This document shows, piece by piece, positions 1 to 8,387 of a DNA stretch of 32,000 bases (within the stretch, counting starts at the first letter, position 1; every line of letters starts with the position of its first letter). The stretch comes from an uncultured Bacteroidota bacterium (GTDB lineage: Bacteria; Bacteroidota; Bacteroidia; Bacteroidales; GWA2-32-17), in assembly GCA_903837285.1 (NCBI GenBank), contig CAILUD010000010.1, forward strand, positions 5,031-37,030, read 5' to 3'. The notes beneath the pieces are model-generated. The model worked only from the letters and a program-made list of their open reading frames with translations, was not told the DNA's origin and did no database searches. The position numbers were made by a program, and so were the translations under genes.

Positions 1-1480
1 CTACCATTGCACCTGTTGGTTTATCATTAATATAAAAATTACCAGCCGAAAATCTTAATTTTTCGCAAATATTTGAAGCAGCAACTCTATCTGTAGAAAA
101 AATTGCTCCAGTTAATCCGTATGGCGAGGTTTTATCGCATAAATCAATAGCTTTATCCATATCAACATCATCATAAACATAAATTGTCATTACCGGACCA
201 AATATTTCTTCGTGCATAGTCCTGTAATTTGGATCTGTTGTTACAATTATTGTTGGTTCAATAAAATAACCATGTGATTTGTTACCATTGCCACCGGTGA
301 TTATTTTTGCAACAGTTGATTTTTTTGCCTCTTCGATATAACCCATAATTGAATCGAAAGCACCTTCGTCAATTACTGCATTCATAAAATTGCTAACATC
401 GTACACATCACCAACTTTTATTTCAGATGCCATTTGAATTAGTAAATCTTTTATTTCTTTCCACAATGATTTTGGAATATAGGCACGCGAAGCTGCAGAA
501 CACTTTTGTCCCTGATACTCAAATGCGCCTCTGATTATTCCAACAGCTACTTCCAACGGTTTTGCCGAAGGATGAACAAAAACGAAATCTTTACCTCCGG
601 TTTCGCCAACGATTCTAGGGTATGATTTATAGTTCTCAAGATTTTCGCTGATTTTTCTCCATAATGAATTAAATGTTGCATTTGAACCAGTGAAATGAAT
701 GCCGGCAAGATCTTTATTTTGCATTGCTATATTTCCAATTAGCGATCCGCTGCCAGGAAGAAAATTAACTACACCATCTGGTAATCCAGCCTCCTGATAT
801 ATCTTCATTAAATAATAATTTGATAAAATGGAGGTTGTTGCAGGCTTCCAGACAGTTGTATTTCCCATTAAAACAGGCGACATGTTAAGATTTGATGCTA
901 TGGCTGTAAAATTAAAAGGACTAACAGTTAACACAAATCCTTCAAGAGGACGATATTCCATTCTGTTCAACTGATTAAAAGTAGATTTTGGTTGCTCAGA
1001 ATAAATTCTTGAAGCAAAAAAAGCATTATATCTTAAAAAATCAATTGTCTCGCAAGAAGAATCTATTTCAGCCTGATACACACTTTTACTTTGTCCCAGC
1101 ATTGTTGCTGCATTTAGTTTATACCTATAGCGCATAGATATAAGATCTGCTGCCTTTATTAAAATAGATGCTCTAACAACCCACGAAAGATCCGACCATT
1201 CTTTAAATGCCTTAAGTGATTCGTTTATTGCAAGTTTAACTTCTTTTTCGGTAGCCATGTGATATGTTGCAAGTACATGACTATGATTATGTGGCATAAC
1301 AACTTTTCCGATTTTTCCGGTTCTTACTTCTTTTCCACCTATTATTAAAGGTATTTCTATTTGCTCATTACTCTGTTTATTAAGTTCTAAAAATAAATTG
1401 TCCTTCTCGCAACTGTTTTTATTATAATTTAAAACATGTTCGTTTTTTGGATCTTCAAAATTAAATACTGCGTTATTCAT
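1..1480 (-). CDS. pruA: 1-pyrroline-5-carboxylate (L-glutamate gamma-semialdehyde) dehydrogenase, aldehyde dehydrogenase family. The C-terminus runs off the left window edge.
   Basis: Not in the ORF track because it is open at the window edge. My translation of the minus strand from the ATG at 1480-1478 reads MNNAVFNFEDPKNEHVLNYNK..IPLIIGGKEV..GQSKSVYQAEIDSSCETIDFLRYN..SPFNFTAIASN..VWKPATTS..VGETGGKDF..FEYQGQKCSAASR..EEIFGPV..YINDKPTGAMV. The ALDH catalytic Glu (ETGGK) and Cys (QGQKCSA) contexts are present. The frame is open for about 493 codons. Confidence 0.8.
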   Translation of the reverse strand, partial: MNNAVFNFEDPKNEHVLNYNKNSCEKDNLFLELNKQSNEQIEIPLIIGGKEVRTGKIGKVVMPHNHSHVLATYHMATEKEVKLAINESLKAFKEWSDLSWVVRASILIKAADLISMRYRYKLNAATMLGQSKSVYQAEIDSSCETIDFLRYNAFFASRIYSEQPKSTFNQLNRMEYRPLEGFVLTVSPFNFTAIASNLNMSPVLMGNTTVWKPATTSILSNYYLMKIYQEAGLPDGVVNFLPGSGSLIGNIAMQNKDLAGIHFTGSNATFNSLWRKISENLENYKSYPRIVGETGGKDFVFVHPSAKPLEVAVGIIRGAFEYQGQKCSAASRAYIPKSLWKEIKDLLIQMASEIKVGDVYDVSNFMNAVIDEGAFDSIMGYIEEAKKSTVAKIITGGNGNKSHGYFIEPTIIVTTDPNYRTMHEEIFGPVMTIYVYDDVDMDKAIDLCDKTSPYGLTGAIFSTDRVAASNICEKLRFSAGNFYINDKPTGAMV

Positions 1481-1759
1481 AATGGTTCTATTTGTATCAT
1501 TTATGTTTTCAACATTTTACGAAATTAATACATTTTTTCCTCTTTTATTTTTTAATTTAGTTAAAGTTTAATAATTTAGCGATATGAATTTATATGCATA
1601 TCGATGACAAAGATAATCTGAACTTATTTAACAAAAAAATGATTTTTGAGGTGATTTAATATTAAAGAAGAAAAATAACAAAGTACACATGAAATATGAT
1701 CAAATTTAAAAAAGTAAATTATAGAAATAACGCTCATTTATCTAGTTTAATAATTTGTT

Positions 1760-1767
1760 TATATTTG
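1760..1767 (+). promoter_or_regulatory. Candidate Bacteroidota sigma-A -7 box (TATATTTG)
   Basis: Matches the TAnnTTTG consensus. It lies 40 nt upstream of the ATG at 1807. Confidence 0.45.
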
Positions 1768-1806
1768 CTGCCCTTTTAATAAATAATATTTTAGAAAGAA
1801 TTATAT

Positions 1807-3240
1807 ATGAAAGAAAACACTAAAATTCAGGAAGTAATTGAAGAGAGTATTGAAGTTGGTAAAATTAATAAACCTCATAAAGGAGGACATCTTCGTGAGC
1901 ATTCAGAATTTCATAATTGCCATACCGAAGAAAGTGTTAAACAAGATATAGCTTTTTTACGATTAGTTTATGGCGATAATTTTAAATTAAGTGAATCGGA
2001 TGTAACTAACGACTTTATTAATAAATTGAAAGCAATAAGTAAGGATATTTATTTTTTTATTGATACATCCGAGAAATATTTATCTCCGCAGAATTATATA
2101 AAAAGCAAATATGAATTTATTCGTTACAAAATTCCAAATGCTGATCAAAATCTTTTTTATCTGGCATGGAATGGATTAATTAGAAATGATAGTTTTAGAA
2201 GGTTGTTATTACAGACTTTTAGTATTAGTAAATTCAGTGATTTGTTATGCCCGCAGAATATTGCGCCAATTGGGTCAACCCTTACTCGGTATCGTTCAAA
2301 AGCAATTCTGGCAGATGATATGGCTACGAATCCTGATGGCACAAGGCGTTTAACAGGTAGGATGTTAGTTGATGGAAGTGGATTAAGTATGAAAGAGGGC
2401 ATTGTTTGGTTACCAAATGATAAAGCATTACCTATGTTTCCTCAGGCATATGTTCCCATGAACCAAACTCACGTTGTTATGATTCGCCACGGAAAATCTA
2501 TTCATGAATCTGGAGGTGAAAACCCCGAATTTGTTGGTTCCGGATTATGGGATACCTGGGATAAAAACCGAAGAATTTCTGGATCAAAAAGTAATTTTTT
2601 AAAAGAAGAAGGAATTATTACAGCCAGAGAATTGGGAAAAGATTTTAAAGTAGCAGTTGATGTTCTTGATAAAAGTGGTTATCCACTCTGGCTTTGGTCA
2701 AAAGATGCACCAATACAGGTTTTTGGAAGTGAATCTGAAAATACCGAACAAACTGCACGTTATTTTTTACATGAAGCTGGTTATACCAATATGTCGTTTA
2801 ATGCTATTTTTGGTTTAAATTCTCAAAAATATGGTTCGCTTACATTCCGTTATAAAAACGAAATAATGGAAGAAGCACTTAAAATATATAGTGGAGGAAA
2901 AGAAGTTACCCCTGATGTGAAAGCAAAAGTTTCAAAAATGTTTAAGAATCGTTTTTATCATTATCCAGAAGGTGAAACTTTAATTGAGGCAGACTGGAGA
3001 ATAGCTTATTCTTTTGTAGAGTTATTAAATTCAAATTTAGGAAAACGAATTCTTATTGCCGATCATTCTGGCGCTATCCGTGTATTTGAGGCAATTATAA
3101 GAACCTTAGATTTTGCAGAATACAGTACTATAAAAGAATCGCAGGATTCTATTATGGCATTATGTTACCAGCAAGGTCGTAATTTGCGTTATGATTATTT
3201 GCAAAAGAAAGAATATCCTTTAAGAAAAAGAAATAAATAA
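1807..3240 (+). CDS. Histidine phosphatase family (PGM-like) protein with an uncharacterised N-terminal domain of about 220 aa
   Basis: The C-terminal half carries the VVMIRHGKS motif (R227-H228-G229, nt 2485-2493). It also has SESENTEQTARYF, YPEGETL and LIADHSGAIRV (His420, nt 3064-3066), the pattern of histidine phosphatase branch 1. I recognise no motif in the N-terminal half, which is His-rich near aa 24-40. Confidence 0.6.
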   Translation: MKENTKIQEVIEESIEVGKINKPHKGGHLREHSEFHNCHTEESVKQDIAFLRLVYGDNFKLSESDVTNDFINKLKAISKDIYFFIDTSEKYLSPQNYIKSKYEFIRYKIPNADQNLFYLAWNGLIRNDSFRRLLLQTFSISKFSDLLCPQNIAPIGSTLTRYRSKAILADDMATNPDGTRRLTGRMLVDGSGLSMKEGIVWLPNDKALPMFPQAYVPMNQTHVVMIRHGKSIHESGGENPEFVGSGLWDTWDKNRRISGSKSNFLKEEGIITARELGKDFKVAVDVLDKSGYPLWLWSKDAPIQVFGSESENTEQTARYFLHEAGYTNMSFNAIFGLNSQKYGSLTFRYKNEIMEEALKIYSGGKEVTPDVKAKVSKMFKNRFYHYPEGETLIEADWRIAYSFVELLNSNLGKRILIADHSGAIRVFEAIIRTLDFAEYSTIKESQDSIMALCYQQGRNLRYDYLQKKEYPLRKRNK

Positions 3241-3285
3241 GTCACAGCTATATTTTTTAGTAGTTTCTTCTTAATAAAAAATTAA

Positions 3286-3843
3286 ATGTATAGCGTTTAT
3301 TTATATTGGTATTTATTAATAGTTAGTCTACTGATAATTGTTATAATAATTTTAGTTTTTAAATTAAAACAATATGTACAATTATCTCAGATTGATGAAA
3401 TAACTGCTATAAGTAATTATCGTGGATTTAAAAAAGCAATAAATAATAAAATAAAAAGTAAAGCAGAATTTACACTTGCTATTTTAGATATTGACGATTT
3501 CAGAAAATATAATTTTATAAGTTATTCTTTTGGTGATTGTGTTTTAATGGAATTTGTAAAATTATTAAAACAGCAATTACCTGCCGGTTCTTTTATTGCC
3601 AGATATAAATTCGGAGATGAGTTTCTAATAATTGTAAATGACAACTTGAAAAATGCTAGTGAAAAAATTAGAATAATTCAGGAAAAATGCAAAAATAACA
3701 CCTTTCAGAATATTGAAACAAAGCAATTATTTAATATTAGTTTTTCTTTTGGAACAGCGCTTTTTGAAGAAAGTACCGATAACCTTGATAGCTTGCTTTT
3801 AAAAACCGAAAAAGAATTAAAAGAAAATAAAATAAATTCTTAA
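3286..3843 (+). CDS. Small membrane-anchored GGDEF-like (diguanylate cyclase fold) protein with a degenerate active-site motif (FGDEF)
   Basis: One N-terminal TM helix (YLYWYLLIVSLLIIVIIILVF). GGDEF-domain landmarks follow: DEITAISNYRGF (DxLTxLxNRRxF-like), LAILDIDDFRKYN (DIDxFKxxN), FGDCVL (GD), ARYKFGDEFLII (FGDEF at nt 3610-3624 in place of GGDEF) and ISFSFGTA (SxGxA). No RxxD I-site is seen. It starts 45 nt after the upstream gene with no promoter box between, so the two are probably co-transcribed. Confidence 0.55.
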   Translation: MYSVYLYWYLLIVSLLIIVIIILVFKLKQYVQLSQIDEITAISNYRGFKKAINNKIKSKAEFTLAILDIDDFRKYNFISYSFGDCVLMEFVKLLKQQLPAGSFIARYKFGDEFLIIVNDNLKNASEKIRIIQEKCKNNTFQNIETKQLFNISFSFGTALFEESTDNLDSLLLKTEKELKENKINS

Positions 3844-4076
3844 AAAAATTAGTGAGTGTCTCTTTGTCTTTGTTGGACTTATTTCTAACAAACAATTTTA
3901 GTAATGAGACTAGCAATAGCTTTGACTGGCTGGGCGTTAGGGTGATTTCACCCCATCTATTAAGGGATTAAGTTGCATTATATCATCACAATTATTTATT
4001 TGTTTTTAATGAATGTATTTAAGTTAGAACAAATTATTCTTTTTGTATTGGTATAAAAACAACTACAAAAATCAAA

Positions 4077-4895
4077 TTATTTTTTTTTAATAATCTTTAC
4101 TGATTCTTTTTGATTTAAAGAAGTATTAATAATTGTCAGAATGTACATTCCTGCTTGTAGTTTTGTTAGATCTATTTTTGTTGATTTTTCTGCTAATTTT
4201 CCTTGAGAAATAATTGTTCCACTAAGGTTTTCAATTTGATAATTTAAAATCCCTGAATTTTGTATATCAACAGTTATATAATCCTGTGTGGGGTTTGGAT
4301 ATACCTTTTGTATTAATTCCATTTCTTCCAGGTCAAAAGGTTGTATGTTATAATTTGTTGAAATAAGTTCCTGTTTTTGAAGTATAGTGTCGGGAGTAAT
4401 TTTGTCGATAATAACATTATACATATTTTTCATGTCATCTTTAAAGGGATGAAGACGAATAATGGTAGTGTCGCTATTCATATATATAAGAAGTTTTTTA
4501 AAATTTCCTTTTTTTATTTCTTCTTCTGCCGAACACATTTGCGACCAATCGGAACCAAGGCCAGTAATTAATTTATCAGAAATTTTAACAGCATAAATAA
4601 AATAATATCCTTCTCTTATTTTTTCGCTTAAATAATATAGACCTCTATATTTTGATACAGATCCATAAAAAAGGGTGTCTCCTGTCTTATAGGTTATAAG
4701 ATTGAAGTTTTTATCGGAAGAAATATTTAAATATAATGTATCAGTTTTTCTTTTAATTGTTATTTCATTTCCAAGTATAGTTGTTAAGTCTTTATTTTTC
4801 TTTGGAAACGCCGAATCAAAAGTTGTTTCTGTATTATCACATGAGGAAAAGAAACCTAAAATTACTAGACCATAAAACACCAATTTTGTTTTCAT
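4077..4895 (-). CDS. T9SS-sorted lipoprotein of unknown function
   Basis: Signal peptide with a lipobox-like GFFSSC. The C-terminal ~80 aa resemble a type-A T9SS sorting domain (VYPNPTQDYITVDI..GMYILTII..VKIIKK). Confidence 0.6.
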   Translation of the reverse strand: MKTKLVFYGLVILGFFSSCDNTETTFDSAFPKKNKDLTTILGNEITIKRKTDTLYLNISSDKNFNLITYKTGDTLFYGSVSKYRGLYYLSEKIREGYYFIYAVKISDKLITGLGSDWSQMCSAEEEIKKGNFKKLLIYMNSDTTIIRLHPFKDDMKNMYNVIIDKITPDTILQKQELISTNYNIQPFDLEEMELIQKVYPNPTQDYITVDIQNSGILNYQIENLSGTIISQGKLAEKSTKIDLTKLQAGMYILTIINTSLNQKESVKIIKKK

Positions 4896-5015
4896 AATAA
4901 ATAGGGTTAGTTAAATTACTGTATAAATTAACTGTAAAAACAATTATTGTTTAACCTTAATATTAGAAAACCTAAAATGGTAACCTTTAATTAAAAAAAA
5001 TGTGAATTATGTTTT

Positions 5016-5033
5016 GATCCGCCGCGGCGGATC
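5016..5033. repeat. Perfect 18-nt GC-rich palindrome GATCCGCCGCGGCGGATC, a member of the CCGCCGCGGCGG repeat family
   Basis: Self-complementary by inspection. Related copies occur at about 8197-8210, 11593-11604, 28693-28707, 31742-31756 and (as reverse complement) 31833-31848. Confidence 0.7.
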
Positions 5034-5096
5034 GTAGATCTTCCATTTTTGTAAATGCCTAAAATAAGTGTTTCTAAAGGTTGTAGACCTTTCACT
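5030..5096 (+). repeat. 67-nt intergenic repeat bounded by two GTAG hairpins, copy 1
   Basis: gatcGTAGatc ... aaggttGTAGacctt-cact. An ungapped hand alignment with 14494..14560 gives about 49/67 identities. The ends are nearly identical and the centre is variable. Confidence 0.6.
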
Positions 5097-5215
5097 AAAA
5101 CTAGAGCAAATTAAAACCTTAATCTTTTTCAGAATTGTTTGTGACGCTTAATTTAATGATCTTAACATATGCATCCATTCAGAAAGGGGAGTGTTAAAAA
5201 TAAATTTATATATAG

Positions 5216-5245
5216 GTTAACCGGAATTAAAATTCAAAACAGTTT
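5216..5245 (+). repeat. Solo copy of the right end of the MITE-like element (gttaaccggaattaaaattcaaaacagttt)
   Basis: About 28/30 identical to 9534..9563. It ends 1 nt before the stop codon of the CDF gene. Confidence 0.55.
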
Positions 5246-5246
5246 A

Positions 5247-6167
5247 TCAGTGTGTACTTGTTTTTAAATCTCTAACATCAATATAAACCGAAAGAATATT
5301 TGGACTTATAGCCAATAAGTCTTTTCGAATTTCATTAAACTGGTCTTCAATTTCGTGGCCGTGCACATTATCTTCAATGTCAACAGAAATTATTAAAAGG
5401 AATCTACTTCTTCCCATGACCATTGCGTTAATGCTATTTACATGTTTAATAATTTTATTTTCAGAGACTTTAATTTTAAATTTATGTCTTAGTTCTCGGG
5501 GAATATTTTCACCAATAATTAATTTTCGGAGTTCGTTGCTTAAAAAAACCGAGACAGAAGCTAAAAGTAAGCCAACAAAAATACTTCCAATAGCATCAAA
5601 AATAGGATTAACCAACCATGCAAGTAATGTAGATATTAATACAAAGATTAAACCTAATAAAGCAGCTAAATCTTCCATTAATATTACAAAAAGATTTGTG
5701 TCTGTTGATATTTTTAACGCTGTTATAAATTTAACTCCTTTAAATATTTTATTAAATTCGGTATATGCCACATGAAAAGATTTTGATTCAATAATAATAG
5801 CAATAATTAATACTCCAAACGACCAGTAAACACTATTAATTTCGGTTGGATTAAATAATTTGTGAACTCCTTCGTAAACCGAAAAAATGGCTCCAACAAA
5901 AAACAATAATATTGCAACCATAAATCCCCAGAAATACTCTTCTTTACCAAAACCAAAAGGATGTTGCTCAGTTGGTTTTTTTGCCGATCGTTTATTCCCG
6001 ATCAATAAAAATATTTGGTTTGAGCAATCTGCAAAAGAGTGAATTGCTTCTGCAAACATAGCTGTACTTGCAGTTATTGATGCTACAATAAATTTTATAA
6101 CTGCAATAATAAAATTTCCACCAAGTGCAAAAAATATTGCTTTTAACGAACCGTGTTCTGTTGACAT
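5247..6167 (-). CDS. Cation diffusion facilitator (CDF) family metal efflux transporter
   Basis: Six predicted TM helices with HSFADCSNQ and FGFGKEEYFWGF motifs, plus a C-terminal cytoplasmic domain. I prefer the internal ATG (MSTEHGS..) at 6167 over the ORF-track start at 6209, because a TAGGTTTG box lies just upstream at 6179-6186. Confidence 0.75.
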   Translation of the reverse strand: MSTEHGSLKAIFFALGGNFIIAVIKFIVASITASTAMFAEAIHSFADCSNQIFLLIGNKRSAKKPTEQHPFGFGKEEYFWGFMVAILLFFVGAIFSVYEGVHKLFNPTEINSVYWSFGVLIIAIIIESKSFHVAYTEFNKIFKGVKFITALKISTDTNLFVILMEDLAALLGLIFVLISTLLAWLVNPIFDAIGSIFVGLLLASVSVFLSNELRKLIIGENIPRELRHKFKIKVSENKIIKHVNSINAMVMGRSRFLLIISVDIEDNVHGHEIEDQFNEIRKDLLAISPNILSVYIDVRDLKTSTH

Positions 6168-6178
6168 GAATTTTTTCT

Positions 6179-6186
6179 CAAACCTA
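6179..6186 (-). promoter_or_regulatory. Candidate -7 box (TAGGTTTG on the minus strand) for the CDF gene
   Basis: Matches TAnnTTTG. It lies only about 11 nt from the ATG at 6167, which implies a very short leader. Confidence 0.3.
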
Positions 6187-6322
6187 CAAAAGATATTCAT
6201 TTTAAACAAATCTCAAACATTGTGCACAATATTATACAAAACCACGAAAATGAAATAATTTACAACAAGTGAGGTGTTTATAGATTTATTCTGGCTCTTG
6301 TTTTTTCTTCTCTCTAAATCGT

Positions 6323-6330
6323 TATCTTTG
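6323..6330 (+). promoter_or_regulatory. Candidate -7 box (TATCTTTG) for lepA
   Basis: Matches TAnnTTTG. It lies 27 nt upstream of the ATG at 6357. Confidence 0.5.
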
Positions 6331-6356
6331 CAATCTTAAAAGTATTAAAAATTTAC

Positions 6357-8144
6357 ATGGAAAACATTCGTAATTTTTGCATTATAGCTCACATTGATCA
6401 CGGAAAAAGCACACTTGCCGACCGTTTGCTTGAAATAACAGGAACAGTTACCGGTAAGGATTTACAGGCTCAGGTATTAGACGATATGGATATAGAACGA
6501 GAACGTGGTATAACAATTAAAAGCCACGCAATTCAAATGGATTATAAAGTAAATGGTCAAAAATATGTTTTAAATCTGATTGATACACCTGGCCATGTTG
6601 ATTTTAGCTATGAGGTTTCGCGGGCTATTGCATCATGCGAGGGTGCTTTATTGGTTGTTGATGCAACACAAGGTATTCAGGCGCAGACAATTTCGAATAT
6701 GTATCAGGCAATAGATCATAATCTTACAGTAATTCCGGTTTTAAATAAAATGGATATGCCTGCAGCCATGCCAGAAGAAGTTAAAGATCAGATTATAGAT
6801 TTAATTGGTTGTAAACGTGAAGATATCATTGAAGTAAGTGCCCGTACAGGTGTTGGTATTCAAGATGTTTTAGATGCAATAATTGAACGTGTGCCTGCTC
6901 CCAAAGGTGATCCTGAAGGCCCATTACAAGCACTTATTTTTGATTCTGTTTTTAATTCTTTTCGGGGAATTATTGCTTATTACAGAATATTAAATGGAAC
7001 TCTTAAAAAGGGCGAACATGTTAAATTTGTAAATACTACACATGATTATCACGCTGATGAAATTGGTGTTTTAAAATTAAAACTTAGTCCGCGCGATACT
7101 GTTTGCGCTGGTGATGTGGGTTACATTATTTCCGGTATTAAAAGCGCTAAAGAAGTAAAGGTAGGGGATACTATAACTCATGTGAATAATCCATGTGATA
7201 GTGCTGTTGCTGGTTTCGAGAATGTAAAATCAATGGTTTTTGCTGGAATTTATCCTGTTGATGCTGATGATTATGAAGAATTACGTGCATCACTCGAAAA
7301 ACTTCAGTTAAATGATGCTTCGCTTACATTTATTCCCGAATCTTCTGCTGCTTTAGGTTTTGGTTTTAGAGGAGGTTTCCTTGGTTTGTTGCATATGGAG
7401 ATTATCCAGGAGCGTTTAGACAGGGAGTTTGACATGGATGTTATAACAACAGTTCCTAATGTTTCTTATAAAGTAGTTACAACTAAAGGTGAAAAGTTAG
7501 ATGTTCATAACCCATCAGGTTTACCGGCACCTACTTTAATTGATTTTATTGAAGAGCCGTATATAAAAGCTCAGGTAATTACAAAAACAGAATATGTTGG
7601 TGCAATTATGAATTTATGCATCGATAAGCGTGGTGTATTGCAAAGTCAGACTTATTTAACAACAGATAGGGTTGAGATTAATTTTGAAATGCCACTTGCT
7701 GAAATTGTTTTCGATTTTTACGATAAACTAAAAAGTATATCAAAAGGATATGCGTCTTTTGATTATCATCCTACCGTATATAAGCAAGCTAAACTTGTAA
7801 AATTAGATATACTTTTAAATGGTGAACAGGTTGATGCGCTTTCAACATTAATACATTTTGATAATGCATATCCGTTTGGCCGTCGCATGTGCGAAAAGTT
7901 AAAAGAACTTATTCCACGCCAGCAATATGAAGTTGCAATACAGGCAGCAATAGGATCGAAAATTATTGCACGTGAAACAATAAGTGCTATGAGAAAAGAT
8001 GTGACTGCAAAATGTTATGGTGGCGATATTTCCCGTAAGCGTAAGTTGTTAGAGAAGCAGAAAAAAGGTAAAAAGAGAATGCGTCAGATAGGTACTGTTG
8101 AGGTTCCGCAATCAGCATTTTTAGCAGTATTAAAGCTTGATTAA
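6357..8144 (+). CDS. lepA: Elongation factor 4 (translational GTPase LepA)
   Basis: The N-terminus [22 protein letters not shown] is followed by DTPGHVDF and NKMD G-motifs. The characteristic LepA C-terminus is present ([32 protein letters not shown]). Length is 595 aa. Confidence 0.95.
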   Translation: MENIRNFCIIAHIDHGKSTLADRLLEITGTVTGKDLQAQVLDDMDIERERGITIKSHAIQMDYKVNGQKYVLNLIDTPGHVDFSYEVSRAIASCEGALLVVDATQGIQAQTISNMYQAIDHNLTVIPVLNKMDMPAAMPEEVKDQIIDLIGCKREDIIEVSARTGVGIQDVLDAIIERVPAPKGDPEGPLQALIFDSVFNSFRGIIAYYRILNGTLKKGEHVKFVNTTHDYHADEIGVLKLKLSPRDTVCAGDVGYIISGIKSAKEVKVGDTITHVNNPCDSAVAGFENVKSMVFAGIYPVDADDYEELRASLEKLQLNDASLTFIPESSAALGFGFRGGFLGLLHMEIIQERLDREFDMDVITTVPNVSYKVVTTKGEKLDVHNPSGLPAPTLIDFIEEPYIKAQVITKTEYVGAIMNLCIDKRGVLQSQTYLTTDRVEINFEMPLAEIVFDFYDKLKSISKGYASFDYHPTVYKQAKLVKLDILLNGEQVDALSTLIHFDNAYPFGRRMCEKLKELIPRQQYEVAIQAAIGSKIIARETISAMRKDVTAKCYGGDISRKRKLLEKQKKGKKRMRQIGTVEVPQSAFLAVLKLD

Positions 8145-8156
8145 ATTCCGAAATCC

Positions 8157-8179
8157 TTGGTCTGTGACTCACAAACCAA
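8157..8179 (+). terminator. Hairpin downstream of lepA (ttggtctgtga-c-tcacaaaccaa). It shares the GGTCTGTG/CACAGACC motif with 22234-22279.
   Basis: An 11-bp stem with one mismatch starts 13 nt after the lepA stop and is followed by aagtttt. The T-tract is weak. Confidence 0.35.
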
Positions 8180-8212
8180 AAGTTTTAATACCATTCCCCG
8201 CCGCGGCGAAGA

Positions 8213-8285
8213 ATGAATTAGACCAACGCTCTCCTCTCTTATGGAGAGGAGCTGGAGGTGATTTCAAAAAAACAGACTAATTCAT
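8213..8285 (+). repeat. Nested-hairpin intergenic repeat, variant B
   Basis: Outer stem atgaattag/ctaattcat. Inner hairpin ctcctctc-ttatg-gagaggag, followed by ctggaggtgatttcaaaaaaa. The architecture matches variant A but the stem sequences differ. Confidence 0.55.
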
Positions 8286-8298
8286 AATAAGTATTGGT

Positions 8299-8379
8299 AT
8301 TATAAAATAGTCCAACCTCTTGTCCCTCTTTTTTGAAGAGGGTAGGGAGATGAATAAAAAAATTGGACTATTTTATAAT
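8299..8379 (+). repeat. Nested-hairpin intergenic repeat, variant A copy 1
   Basis: Perfect 16-bp outer stem attataaaatagtcca/tggactattttataat. Inner hairpin ccctctt-ttttg-aagaggg, followed by tagggagatgaataaaaaaa. Confidence 0.65.
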
Positions 8380-8387
8380 GGTATTTT

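Noticed and set aside
2157-2402. Other short antisense or overlapping ORFs: 2157..2402-, 4377..4571+, 7987..8172-, 9178..9360+, 11047..11268-, 25086..25370-, 25553..25738-, 26850..27032-, 28472..28675-, 29298..29486-
   Set aside because: Each overlaps a longer, motif-supported gene on the other strand or spills from it into a repeat. None has recognisable motifs or promoter context.
3844-4076. Possible tRNA or ncRNA in the 233-bp convergent intergenic region
   Set aside because: I could not build a cloverleaf, T-arm (GTTCGAATC-like) or other known RNA signature. The gggtgatttcaccc hairpin and the gctgg..ggtgatttca tract look like a degraded copy of the variant-B repeat tail, too fragmentary to call.
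5377-5775. 132-aa ORF on the plus strand inside the CDF transporter gene
   Set aside because: Fully antisense to a gene with clear CDF motifs. This is a typical AT-rich shadow ORF.
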